IMG/VR virus record: IMGVR_UViG_3300037076_000066
Span: 1 to 63,053 of that record
Origin: a virus
Taxonomy: Duplodnaviria > Caudoviricetes
Direction: 5' to 3' (one strand)
DNA: 63,053 bases
Positions within the stretch are counted from its first letter, which is position 1. The number at the start of each line of letters is the position of its first letter. The translations under genes and the position numbers were made by a program. This document shows positions 20,001 to 29,600 of the stretch, piece after piece. The notes under the pieces are model-generated. The model saw only the letters and a list, made by a program, of their open reading frames with translations, made no database searches and was not told where the DNA came from.

Positions 20001-20345
20001 TTCTGCAATAGTTGGGTAAGTTCCGTCTGGTAGAGGAATAATAGTTTCGCCCGCAATACAATCATAATCCCTAAACAAATCCATTCTTGCGGCTTGATAA
20101 GATAGAGTAAAATCTCTGGTATAAGCATTATAAGCAGTTGAACGAATTCTATTAAATCGGTCTCTTAGAGAATTTCTATCCGTTGCCATTTGAGAATGGT
20201 CAACATCCTTAACTAATAATTTTTTACCACCAACATTTCTTACGATTGTATCGGATGAAAATAAAGTCTTTAATCTTGCATATAACGATTGCTTTTTAAT
20301 ATCAAGAATATCATCTTGCATCTGTGGATTGGTATTTAATGCCAT
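17007..20345 (-). CDS. gp20: Portal protein, T4 gp20-like, with intein
   Basis: MDQDPILSSALDIYSDE, KYGDF, LEDAMMIHRVVRAPERRIYYTDIG, IDTLPG, LSQEDLRFARTIQRIQ. Confidence 0.95.
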   Translation of the reverse strand: MALNTNPQMQDDILDIKKQSLYARLKTLFSSDTIVRNVGGKKLLVKDVDHSQMATDRNSLRDRFNRIRSTAYNAYTRDFTLSYQAARMDLFRDYDCIAGETIIPLPDGTYPTIAELTEKYKDSPQERFHVFSYDHESDSMKLGNAYHPRKKEGKRVGWKVVFDDGKFVIGSEGHPFLMRNGEYKVIKDLRVGESVMPFYQKDNKIYQPGLNAYREFHYKNCPACKENFGFFDSSPNKFCSLACYANYRSINFRGENCPAYKGNKTVCLSCNVEFLNPNNKKYCSKECMILGETTGPTVLYQNQCKSCGKEYNITPKNKKSKYCSDECRLQVFSTSFKGENHYLYVGGDTWKVKEPYLKSSGWHELREKIREKYQYVCQECAKNEQELNETLSVHHIITPRLFENPLDANNENNLIPLCRKCHVSCPDHVTNTDLLKSNFPKIKHEDSEKIINEVSSYSKFMYEERFMSNIEQNNTFKNEIVSKLNHKIVSIECVGEIDVYDVTVEKYQNFATDSVFCHNTMDQDPILSSALDIYSDECVTMNELGKIVTVHCEDNNIKEILYNLYEEILHVDFNLWSWTRNLVKYGDFYLKTYVNPEYGVYMVEPISTYNVERIENSDPYNKKYVKFQIRPTDTSQAEVLERYQMSHFRLLSDSNFIPYGKSVIEGARRVWKQLSLLEDAMMIHRVVRAPERRIYYTDIGGIAPAEVDNHMQRLMDKMRKVPYVDERTGEYNLKFNLQNMLDDLFIPVRGGDSGTKIDTLPGMEWTGIDDIDYLKNKMFAALKMPKAFLTFDESTGGKANLSQEDLRFARTIQRIQKIIGSELENIGIIHLYAQGYRDESLIDFKVELTNSSTIFEKEKLEIWSDKTALATDMIDNKIYNREWIYKNVFKMSDDDIEKVTKGLVEDAKQKFRLESIETEGDDPAKPFKKIGAGGHGGEKGSSSGGGGGGGMGGLGGLGGGDEEGEGEGGTPEDEKGESDKQGIPAEEPEEGKPEDIVKEEHSPDRDQSGEHDANDHPFGEDPLGQNELNRKPRKNSEGKRKSVLYHNFENDSPLSLEEVKGQLKPKPSNKKNKGEFIMGLREFFDPTPSTIIAENIIDVTVSPTIDENVKSE
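18789..20060 (-). mobile_element. Intein in portal (424 aa) carrying Zn-ribbon repeats and an HNH endonuclease
   Basis: YD|CIAGETII ... VYDVTVEKYQNF...FCHN|T; internal CQEC...SVHHI...NLIPLCRKCH. Confidence 0.9.
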
Positions 20346-20394
20346 GTTTATAAATATATTGGTTTTATTGATTAGTAACTATTTTCTCTCATAT

Positions 20395-23271
20395 TTAGCC
20401 TAAGAGCCATTTGAGTGACTCAGTGCTATTTTTATCTAAAGGTCTATTAGGTGATCGACCCGTTGACATTTCCCATGATTGTTGTGCCACATTTCTTGCT
20501 TGTGCTTTAAACACGGGAGTTGTATCTAATTGAGTTTTATTCATATGAGATAATGATGCCTTGGTTAAATCAATTCCTTGTTGTCGCAATTTTAATGCCG
20601 TATCACGAATCCATAAACATATGCCTAATGCCATAGATAAATCGTCATGATATCCTTGCATGGCCTGTGCCTTCCCATTTTTCCAAATAAAAGTTTCTAA
20701 TTCTGACAATGTTCTAATAGAGTTTATTTGGATAGTTCGTTCTCTCATATATCTTTCTAAGGTTGATATTACCAGTGGTCGTGTTTGAGTATTTGTGCTA
20801 AATCCAGCTTGAGCTTTTTGTTCTTCTCGATTATAATTGTTATTATGTTGACTCTCTACATCAACATACTTCAAATCATTAGTCATATAAAATAAATTGG
20901 GATAACTTTTATCTATAACAGCTTGAATAACTGCATATCCTGTATTTTGCCGCTCAATTACTAATAATGCATTATTATATTCACTGGACAATGCGACTAG
21001 TAAATTCCCAAATTCTTTAGTATTTATATGTCCTCTATATTCAGCACATTGCTCTAATGTTACAGCATCTATTACATGGCATGCTTGATAATCACCCGTA
21101 TCATTTCCCGCCGAGGTATCGGCACTAACAATATATGTTGAATTGCATTCAGGATATTTCCAAATCCATAATGATTTATCTACATATCGACATTCGATTG
21201 GATCTTTTTTAAATGTTTTTTTATAGAATTCGATGGTTGCTAAGTCTACTACAGTATCACCCGACGTTAAGAAGTCACAGTCAAACTCACGTGCTGCTTC
21301 TTTTACTGATGGCTGTTTTAATCCCGCAACCCTTCGCCACTCTTCATCTCGGTCAGGGTGTAATTGCCATGGAAGACTGATGGGATGGAATCCGTTTTTT
21401 CCAATTTTACCATCTACACTATCTTCCGCACTTACCCACATTTTATGAAAGAAATTGCCAACGCCACGGGGAGTTTGATGCCCTATTATTCCGTTATATA
21501 TTACCGAATGACACCAGAAATCATTGGCATCTTCTTGTAATGAAAAATCATAAGTTTCATTCTCCGATGGAGTTATAGATGTAATTTCACACCACACAGT
21601 ATTCTCGTGGATAATAGTATTCCAATAGTTCTGATACTCGTTTGGCATTTTAGTTCCAAATAATGAGTATAATGCTATTACATTTTGTCGGGCTATATCA
21701 TCGGTTTTATATATTCGTTTTGAATTACAGTATTGATTTACAACTACTCCACATTTTTGTTTTATTTCTACAAAATTTAAATTTGAACTATCAACTAAGT
21801 CATTGACAAGTTTAAGAGAGTTCGGGATAATATCTTTACTACATGCTCGTGTTATATTTTTTACCAAATGTTTAGATATTGCGTCTTGTTTTCGAACTAA
21901 ATTAAATCCGACCAAATTAAAATACGTTAGTGCGTATTTTCCTACTATTTGAAATTGATATGTATCATGATTGTGTTTTATGGAATGCTTTCTATTGTTA
22001 CATTGTTCTTTAGTTTGTAAATAAATACCACCCATAATTCCGAAGTTGGATAATATCATCCTAACTTGATTTATTAATAATCTTGAGGTTGATGTTAACT
22101 GAACACATCTATTTGTAGCAGAACCATCCCCATCAAATATTCCACGCAACATCCACTTTGTATTTTCTTCATTCAATTGTAATAATTTTTTCGGAATACA
22201 TTTTTGATATGCTTTGTTAGATAGGTTAAACCCTAAATATTCCATGAATTCTATTAAATTTTTGTTAGATATAGTATAATGCATACCATCCCAGCAGTTG
22301 TAAATTAGATTTAACTTATCGAAAATCCAAGATATATCGTCCCCGCATGTAATTGTAAGAGACGCCCCGGTCATTTCTCCTTGTTTATTTCTGACTTTAT
22401 AAACACTACCTTCAGATATGTATAATCCCACCAAGTAACATAAGTCTGGAGTAATTGAATCGGGCTTAAATGGTGAATGTATTTTATTAGAAACACTAGG
22501 TTTAAAATCAGAAATATCGGTATAGTTTCCCCATATTCTTTTCCCAATTTGATGAGATATATAATCCCCGACACTTAAATCTTCAGATTTATACCACCCA
22601 TATTGTTTGATATCATGTTTAAATGCCCATAATTTATGATTATTAGTGCATTCCAACTCTGAAAATTTCGTTTTTACTATATTGGTTTTTTGTATCCCGT
22701 TATTGTGAATAAGATTCCCACATCTTAATTTCTCGACCCCCAACACATTATAGGTAGGAACTTCATATCCACCAATCTTAGACGTGTCAATGAATTCTCC
22801 AATTTCCTTTATACCAGTGGATGTAATAACCATCGTATCTTTAGTAACGCACGACAATAATATACATTTACCTCCGGTGCTAAGGGCCGGGGACGCCGAA
22901 GAGAACAGTTCTTCTCCATCTTCTAATAGCGCACAATTACTGGATAACACTCCATTAGCAAAAAATTCATTATTTTTTTCAACCGAGTTTAAGTCGTATA
23001 GATCGATAGGTCTATTCATCTTCCGAGTTGATTTTACTGTTAATATATGGTCTTTTCCAATAAATTGCATTCCTTTTTTTATTTCCCTCACGTATATAAA
23101 TTCATTGGATGCCAGTTTAAGTTTATGATTTTCAGAGCATTTGATATATGTCCCATCCGTAAACTTAACATTTATATAAATTTCTTTTTGTAATTTGGAA
23201 ACCGCTTTGAAACTACTCCATCCATTAGGAGTTAACACTTCCCAGTTATTTATTTTCTTGATATCTTTCAT
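20395..23271 (-). CDS. terL: Terminase large subunit, C-terminal part (split-intein C fragment + 28 aa extein + LAGLIDADG intein + rest of ATPase and nuclease)
   Basis: TPRGVGNFFHKMW, REFDCDFLTSG, SADTSAG...DY, LVIERQNTG, HDDLSMALGI. Confidence 0.93.
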   Translation of the reverse strand: MKDIKKINNWEVLTPNGWSSFKAVSKLQKEIYINVKFTDGTYIKCSENHKLKLASNEFIYVREIKKGMQFIGKDHILTVKSTRKMNRPIDLYDLNSVEKNNEFFANGVLSSNCALLEDGEELFSSASPALSTGGKCILLSCVTKDTMVITSTGIKEIGEFIDTSKIGGYEVPTYNVLGVEKLRCGNLIHNNGIQKTNIVKTKFSELECTNNHKLWAFKHDIKQYGWYKSEDLSVGDYISHQIGKRIWGNYTDISDFKPSVSNKIHSPFKPDSITPDLCYLVGLYISEGSVYKVRNKQGEMTGASLTITCGDDISWIFDKLNLIYNCWDGMHYTISNKNLIEFMEYLGFNLSNKAYQKCIPKKLLQLNEENTKWMLRGIFDGDGSATNRCVQLTSTSRLLINQVRMILSNFGIMGGIYLQTKEQCNNRKHSIKHNHDTYQFQIVGKYALTYFNLVGFNLVRKQDAISKHLVKNITRACSKDIIPNSLKLVNDLVDSSNLNFVEIKQKCGVVVNQYCNSKRIYKTDDIARQNVIALYSLFGTKMPNEYQNYWNTIIHENTVWCEITSITPSENETYDFSLQEDANDFWCHSVIYNGIIGHQTPRGVGNFFHKMWVSAEDSVDGKIGKNGFHPISLPWQLHPDRDEEWRRVAGLKQPSVKEAAREFDCDFLTSGDTVVDLATIEFYKKTFKKDPIECRYVDKSLWIWKYPECNSTYIVSADTSAGNDTGDYQACHVIDAVTLEQCAEYRGHINTKEFGNLLVALSSEYNNALLVIERQNTGYAVIQAVIDKSYPNLFYMTNDLKYVDVESQHNNNYNREEQKAQAGFSTNTQTRPLVISTLERYMRERTIQINSIRTLSELETFIWKNGKAQAMQGYHDDLSMALGICLWIRDTALKLRQQGIDLTKASLSHMNKTQLDTTPVFKAQARNVAQQSWEMSTGRSPNRPLDKNSTESLKWLLG
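21475..22851 (-). mobile_element. Contiguous intein (459 aa) with LAGLIDADG endonuclease, Gln-terminated
   Basis: ILLS|CVTKDT...ECTNNHKL...LVGLYISEG...LRGIFDGDG...TYDF...IIGHQ|TPRG. Confidence 0.9.
22936..23271 (-). mobile_element. Split intein C fragment (112 aa)
   Basis: MKDIKK...VLTPNGWSSF...KCSENHKL...LYDLNSVEK...ANGVLSSN|CA. Confidence 0.88.
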
Positions 23272-23292
23272 TTATTTTATAAATTGTTAGTA

Positions 23293-23886
23293 TTAACTAT
23301 ATTCTTCTAATTCGTATAAATCTTTAATTTTTACTTTTTGTATTTCTCCCGTTATCTTATTTCGGAGATCGATAATAGAATTCCCAGAGATACACTCATC
23401 AATAATTAATATTGCCAAACTCTTACCAACACCTGACTTTTTTGTTGTGCTAGATGCTTTAATCGAACTTCCATTTACAAATTTTATAGATTTTTTATTA
23501 TTCTCTACGGTCGCTACTTTCATCCACGATGGCAACGCTTCATTGGCAAACGATACCTTTTCCAAGACTTCAATGGCGGCGTCTTGTTTTAGTGATATGA
23601 TTAATATATTTTGATCGCTTTTAAAGATTAAAGTCCAGAGTGAAAAAATCGCAACTAAAGTTGAGAGACCCATCTGTCTTGATTTTAATATTATATTATT
23701 ATCATACTCAGAAAATGCTTTTAATGTATCTTCTTGAAATGGATATAGATTAAAACTCACCGTTTTTCCAGAACTTTGAATTTTAGCATATTTTTTCATG
23801 AAATAAATCGGCGAATTTTTACAACGAGTAAATTCCTCGACGATTATCTCTTTCATCGTCATCTGTTTTTTAGGTTCCGGTATCAT
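23293..23886 (-). CDS. terL: Terminase large subunit, N-terminal part ending in split-intein N fragment
   Basis: LYPFQ, Walker A ILKSRQMGLST, Walker B ILIIDE followed directly by CISGNSII. Confidence 0.93.
   Translation of the reverse strand: MIPEPKKQMTMKEIIVEEFTRCKNSPIYFMKKYAKIQSSGKTVSFNLYPFQEDTLKAFSEYDNNIILKSRQMGLSTLVAIFSLWTLIFKSDQNILIISLKQDAAIEVLEKVSFANEALPSWMKVATVENNKKSIKFVNGSSIKASSTTKKSGVGKSLAILIIDECISGNSIIDLRNKITGEIQKVKIKDLYELEEYS
23296..23394 (-). mobile_element. Split intein N fragment (33 aa)
   Basis: CISGNSIIDLRNKITGEIQKVKIKDLYELEEYS*: intein block A plus the IKDLY motif. Confidence 0.88.
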
Positions 23887-24554
23887 ATTACTTCCAATTT
23901 AAATTCTTTACATTTGGCTATATATAACTTTTTATTGACCTGTTTAATCTTGGATGCTTCCGTTATTAATTTTTTAATTTTTTTCAAGTCGGACTTAGCA
24001 TCATCAAATATTTTATCTCGATTCGTATTAATCCAGACGGCATCATTTCCAATACCATTTTCACAAGGTAGAGTAACATCCCCAGCATCTTTGGGATGTT
24101 CGATAAAGAATTTAATAAGGGATTTTACCGATTCTTTTTTATCTTTCAAATCGCCCAAGGCATATGAAGATAGTTTATATTTTTCATAAGAATCATAGGC
24201 ACCGACAATTCTTAATTTAGTTTCATATTCAATGAGACAATCTCCACATAATCCCGTTCTTCTATATAACGACATGTCTTGTTTATTCATCCATTTATAA
24301 GAACAATTACAAAATTTACATCTATCATCGCCCATTGCTTCTCTAATAATATCACCTTGAGACTTGGTAAGTTTAACAATCTTACCATTTTCTTTTTTAT
24401 ATTTGATACCTTGTAGTTCAAATTCTTCTCCATCTTGCCGGAACTTTTCTTTTTCGGAAATATGGTTGGATATTCTAATGTCTGTTTTTTCGGAATTCAT
24501 CCAACGACGAATTGTTTCAAGATTTGAATGATTTTTATTTAATTTTATAGCCAT
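23883..24554 (-). CDS. Hypothetical Zn-binding protein upstream of terminase
   Basis: 223 aa; CKFC and CGDC; ATGA overlap with terL-N. Confidence 0.7.
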   Translation of the reverse strand: MAIKLNKNHSNLETIRRWMNSEKTDIRISNHISEKEKFRQDGEEFELQGIKYKKENGKIVKLTKSQGDIIREAMGDDRCKFCNCSYKWMNKQDMSLYRRTGLCGDCLIEYETKLRIVGAYDSYEKYKLSSYALGDLKDKKESVKSLIKFFIEHPKDAGDVTLPCENGIGNDAVWINTNRDKIFDDAKSDLKKIKKLITEASKIKQVNKKLYIAKCKEFKLEVI

Positions 24555-24585
24555 AATTATTTATTTTTTATTTTAAAATTTTACT

Positions 24586-24738
24586 TCATATTTCTCGAAT
24601 AGCATTTTCTAATTCTCTAAATCTAATATCTGCCGGAGTTACAATTAAACATTCTTCAACTAACGCTTCTAATTTTTGATTATCAATTTCATCTTCGTTA
24701 GAATATTTTTTACTTATCATATCCATAAGAGCACTCAT
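24586..24738 (-). CDS. Small hypothetical protein (50 aa)
   Basis: Hand translated MSALMDMISKKY...ENAIREI*; ATGA-coupled to the upstream ORF. Confidence 0.45.
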   Translation of the reverse strand: MSALMDMISKKYSNEDEIDNQKLEALVEECLIVTPADIRFRELENAIREI

Positions 24739-24899
24739 GATAATATTTCCTTTTTATTGATTATTGGTTTATCAGTATCAACCATTATCATGCCAGATGG
24801 TAGTCTATATGTTTCAAATGGAATTTGTTTTTTATGGAACCATACCCAAGACGTGCGGTATGTAATACCTTCTTGCTTTGCCCATTTTGATAATTTCAT
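24735..24899 (-). pseudogene. IS607-family TnpA N-terminal HTH fragment (54 aa)
   Basis: Hand translated MKLSKWAKQEGITYRTSWVWFHKKQIPFETYRLPSGMIMV; no resolvase domain follows. Confidence 0.7.
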
Positions 24900-24971
24900 T
24901 TTCACATACTATACATATAAATGAAAATGTATAAAATGCAATAATTCGGAATAAATGTGTATAAAATAACA

Positions 24972-24994
24972 AATCCTCCAAATTAAGGAGGATT
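24972..24994 (-). terminator. Intrinsic terminator hairpin
   Basis: AATCCTCC-7 nt-GGAGGATT with a T-rich tail on the minus strand. Confidence 0.55.
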
Positions 24995-25015
24995 ATTGAT
25001 ATATTTTATATTAAA

Positions 25016-26002
25016 TCACCAACTTATCTTATATCTCATCGCTTTAGTATATGTAGTCAAATCTCGTTCTAAGATATATCCGTATTTATTCAATTCAAGT
25101 TTAAGAAGTCTAATCCGGTCATCGTTTAAATCATAAAAAGCATAATGCCCGTATTTAGTTTTAGTTTCACACACACCTCCCCAGTAAATAAATTTATCAC
25201 TACTCTTTGTGCCGGATGCAAAGAGTATATCATCATTAATTTCCTTCATAACTATATATAACCAATTAACTGGAATAGTTTCAGATTCGCATTCGAGTTG
25301 TCTTGCCTTGGCCTGTTCTGATGTTATCATTGGATATGTAGTTGGTTGATTAATCAATGAAGTTGAATTATTAACCATCCATTTTGCCATATCCAATGAA
25401 TTGGCATCGCAATGTTTTTGAATTATATCAAATTGTTCTTTGGGAATATTGATAACCCTTCGTTCTTTTGATGGTTCTTCTTTTTTGGTTGTTAAACCAC
25501 GAAATATCATCGTGTCGGAATTATTAATATTGAGTTCCAATTCGTTTTTGGTAATTTTACCGAGACTGGTTATCGTGGAGGTGTGGTCGCCGTCATTGTG
25601 CCGGAATATCATTTTATACTCTGTATTATAAGATGGTCTTGTTAACCATCTCGGAAGACTTGCATTTAACGATGTGACATCTTGAAAAAATTCGGTTTTA
25701 ATATCCGGATCGCTCGACTCAATATTAATATCTACTGACGTATCGACAATTATTTTCCATAGACAGTATGCAGCTATTACTTTAAACTCATCGCCCCGGA
25801 GAAATTTCAAAACAAGAACTTTTGAAGGTGTTGTTGGTGATAAATAATAGCCTATATTATCAATTATACTTTGCTGATGTATACTGAGAATTTTATTCGT
25901 GGGAATATTTGTATAATTGCATATAAAATACTCAACTGAGTTCTTACATTTTTCATATTCTCCAGTGATTAAGTTTTTCATTGTTAGTGGTTCTTTTTTC
26001 AT
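25016..26002 (-). CDS. Degenerate terminase-N paralog fused to unrelated C-terminal domains
   Basis: N-terminal ~165 aa align by eye with 23293..23886 (EYEKCKNSVEYF vs EFTRCKNSPIYF; SLPRWL vs ALPSWM), Walker A/B lost. Confidence 0.7.
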   Translation of the reverse strand: MKKEPLTMKNLITGEYEKCKNSVEYFICNYTNIPTNKILSIHQQSIIDNIGYYLSPTTPSKVLVLKFLRGDEFKVIAAYCLWKIIVDTSVDINIESSDPDIKTEFFQDVTSLNASLPRWLTRPSYNTEYKMIFRHNDGDHTSTITSLGKITKNELELNINNSDTMIFRGLTTKKEEPSKERRVINIPKEQFDIIQKHCDANSLDMAKWMVNNSTSLINQPTTYPMITSEQAKARQLECESETIPVNWLYIVMKEINDDILFASGTKSSDKFIYWGGVCETKTKYGHYAFYDLNDDRIRLLKLELNKYGYILERDLTTYTKAMRYKISW

Positions 26003-26101
26003 AATTTATTATTTGTTCTTTCATGAATACATATACATCAAATGATGCAAAGTTATTCTTTTCTTTGAAAATGGACGTAAGTTGTTGACTATCAATGAAA
26101 T

Positions 26102-26416
26102 TTAATTGTTAGTATTCGTTATGTTCCACGGCTTACATTGGCATGTTACCCAACCACATAGTTCACATCTTTTATCTTGTTTCGCCATATCTACTTCGAG
26201 TTCGCATAAAATTTTATAGAAATCCGTATAAATATCACTATACCACAAATCAATCTGGCTGTTCGATAGAGGTAGTCCAGATTCTTTTGCAGTGGATGTT
26301 GTGAATTTAAAATATTTTTTAGCTGCTGCTTCTTTTCCTATTGATTTAATGTCTTTACGCATTTCGACCCATGTGATAACTTGTTCTGGCAATTCATTTT
26401 TATATTCTATTTCCAT
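26102..26416 (-). CDS. Hypothetical protein
   Basis: 104 aa; C-terminal CELC...CQC. Confidence 0.55.
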   Translation of the reverse strand: MEIEYKNELPEQVITWVEMRKDIKSIGKEAAAKKYFKFTTSTAKESGLPLSNSQIDLWYSDIYTDFYKILCELEVDMAKQDKRCELCGWVTCQCKPWNITNTNN

Positions 26417-26444
26417 ATTTAATTATGTTGTATTTGTGAAAATT

Positions 26445-26687
26445 TCAATAATTTAATTCTGACGGATTAAATCTCCCATATATTATTGATTTTTTATATG
26501 TAATCTGATATGGTTGGCCGTCAACAATAAATCCCTCGGAATATAAATATCTAAAATAAGAATCAACTTCTTTCTCCCTTTTTAAATTATATGACGGGAA
26601 CCCCGGATATTTAAAGTCGAATTCCATGCATGTGCAATTAACACGTATAAATTTGGATTCAATACCGACATTTGCTATTGGCATCAT
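26445..26687 (-). CDS. Hypothetical protein
   Basis: 80 aa; ATGA overlap with the upstream gene. Confidence 0.55.
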   Translation of the reverse strand: MMPIANVGIESKFIRVNCTCMEFDFKYPGFPSYNLKREKEVDSYFRYLYSEGFIVDGQPYQITYKKSIIYGRFNPSELNY

Positions 26688-29600
26688 ATATGTTGAATTT
26701 GGGAAAATCCATTAACTTGATTAATTTCTATTACCCTTTCGGCACAATCCTTGATGGATGATAAGTGTGAAATTACTACTATTGCCGAGAATTTAGTTTT
26801 TAGGATTGAGAATAAAGTTTCCATATTTGATAAATTAGAAGCATCAAGTGCCGCCATCCCTTCATCACAGAAGAAATAATCGCTCTTTGATATATTACTA
26901 TTTTCAATAAGGGAAACTCGTATAGCCAATTCCATTATAAATCGTTCAAATCCACTACATAATTCAATGGGATGTTTTTTATCTTCATATGAAATATAAG
27001 GAATAATATCACTTCCATCATTTTCCAGTTTAAGAGTAAACTCGGTAATCTGGGTTAGAATATCATTAACTCCTTTTTCAATGGTTGGAATAGCATTACA
27101 GATTATTTTATATGGGATACCATCTCGTCCGACTGCCGAAATATATTTTTCATAGTTATTTAGTTCAATCTCTTTATTTTTAACGAGTTCAATGGTATTC
27201 TTTAGATTAGCTATATTACTTTTAAATACTTCGAGTTTACCATATATTTCCGTTATTTTGTTATTTATTTTTTGAATATTAACTTCAAGAGTTGAGGCTT
27301 CTAATTTATATCTTGAGAGAACAGCATTAACTGAATTATTATTTTCAACGGCTGTTAAATTTCTATTGTAAATTGCTATATTATTATCTATATTAGTTAA
27401 TATCTCTTTATTTTTAACTTGATTATTGCTATAGTTTAAAATGGACGTTGATAACGATTGTAATTCATCTTTTAATGCGCCACGTTTATTTAAGAGCCGA
27501 GTGTATAATTCATATTTAGAATCGACCCATTTAATATTTTCAAAGTCCAATTCTAATGCTTCGAGTTTTTCCATTAATTCTTTTACAATAACTTTGTCCT
27601 GTTTGAGTTGCTCTTGACAGTTTACAGCATCTTTGACGAAATCATTATCAATACAGAATTTACAGTTTGGGTCGTATTTATGAGTCTTTAATCGGTCTAC
27701 TTTATCTAATTTACCTCGAACTTCTACCTTTTTAATATCCATTTTCTTCTTAGCCGCCGAGATTTTATCAGTAATAATCTTATATTTTTTATGATTTTCA
27801 ATTAAATCAAGAGCCTCAATCTTCTTAATACTAGTTTCAACCATTCTAATATATTTACTATACCTCGTAGATTTTTTATTGAGATCGGATATTCCTTTGG
27901 TTACTTGAGAAATCCTTTCTTCCAACTTTAATTTGTTGGTAGTTAATTCTGTTATATTGGTTGGGATATTACTATCCAGTTTAATAAGTTTAATGGACTC
28001 TTCTTGAATTTTCTGATTTATAATGGACAATTCTGATTTTAATTTGGTATGCTCGGCTGTTAAGTCCGTATGAATTGTCGTGGCATGAGTGACGGCATTT
28101 TCCGTCTGGTTTAATTCTGTTTGATAATCTTTACCCTTATAAATTTTTAATTCAGTATTAATTTCCTTCTTCTTGTCATTGGCAATCTTACATAATTTAT
28201 CAAAGACATCGATCCCAATAAATTTGACTAAGATATCTTTTCTATCACTATTACCCATATCAATAAATGATAGATTATTCTTTCCGAATTGGAAATATGC
28301 CGAAGTTAAGATAAAATCATCAAAGGTTCCTACATATGTCCGAATAACTTCATTCGTATCACTTCTTTCTGTGCCGTGCAATTCAATTTCTTCTCCATTA
28401 ACAATTTTCCAGAATCGAACATCAACCTTAACTGCACCAGTTCTTCCCATTGTTCCTTTTCGTTCTATGAAATATCGAATATCATCAATCTCTAATTCCA
28501 ATTTACATTTGAAAGATGATTTTTGGTTATTTAAGACGTGAGTTCCCTTTGAAGATGTTGACGTTTTATCAAATAAACAAAATAATAAACAATTCAAAGC
28601 CGATGATTTTCCACTGGCATTTTTTGCGAATATACCATTAACACCCGTCACATTTTCAAAGTTTATATAATTATCAGAACCATACTTAAACATATTCTCC
28701 CACTCCATCCTGATTAGTTTATATTTAGAAGACCCAATATTATTAGAGGCCACAACCTCTTTATTGATATTTTGATTTATACACATGATATTATCGAGGT
28801 TAAGAGTCGATATATCGGGGCTTATTTCTGAGAGATGCTTTTTAATTAACTCATTCTGGTAAGTTACATCAAATATATTTTTTAAATTTATATCGGATAC
28901 AATTTTATTGGTGGTATCTATATCAGCCGTTTCTCGTATGAACGAACTTTCTATTATATTATGAGTTTCTTTTAATGTTGCTAATATAGTTTTTACTTCG
29001 GATGGAATGGTTTCTTTACAAATAACTCGTAATCTTACATTTTTTGGTAAGGATGATATATCCGTTACTAATTTACCATTCTCTACTCCAATAGTATAAA
29101 ATCCATAGTCATTTTTTAATTCGTGGTGAGTATATGACATATCAGACAAATCCCATAATGAGTAGCCATGTGGATTATTAAATTCAGAATGATTCTGTGA
29201 AATACAAGAACCGGCATATCTAACTATCGGCTTATCATATTGATAATCATATTCTTGTAAATTTTGGGAGAAATGTATGTCACCCAAAAGCAGTGCGTGA
29301 TGATTATCAAATAACGGAAGCATTATTTTCGGGTTTTCTAATACGTGTCCGGAGTCTGATATTGATTGGTCAACTGCCCCATGAAATACCCCTATAATTC
29401 TTTCATATTTATTTTTATATACTGATGGAATATCTTTTCCCAGAGTATATTTTTCTGGTTCGTCGAATACCGACATGTTATTGAATAGAATATTAGAAAA
29501 TCCATATAATCCACTCTCCCGTAAATAATATACGTTTGAGTGATTGAGGGAATTTACGATTGGAGTTATACTATCTAATCGGCTTTTATTGGATAGCACT

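Noticed and set aside
23272-23295. Sequencing error or readthrough joining the two terminase ORFs
   Set aside because: Three in-frame TAA codons, and the break matches known atypically split TerL inteins
26077-26098. TAAGTTGTTGACTATCAAT resembling the IHF-like site at 5417-5436
   Set aside because: Imperfect single match in AT-rich DNA with no associated element
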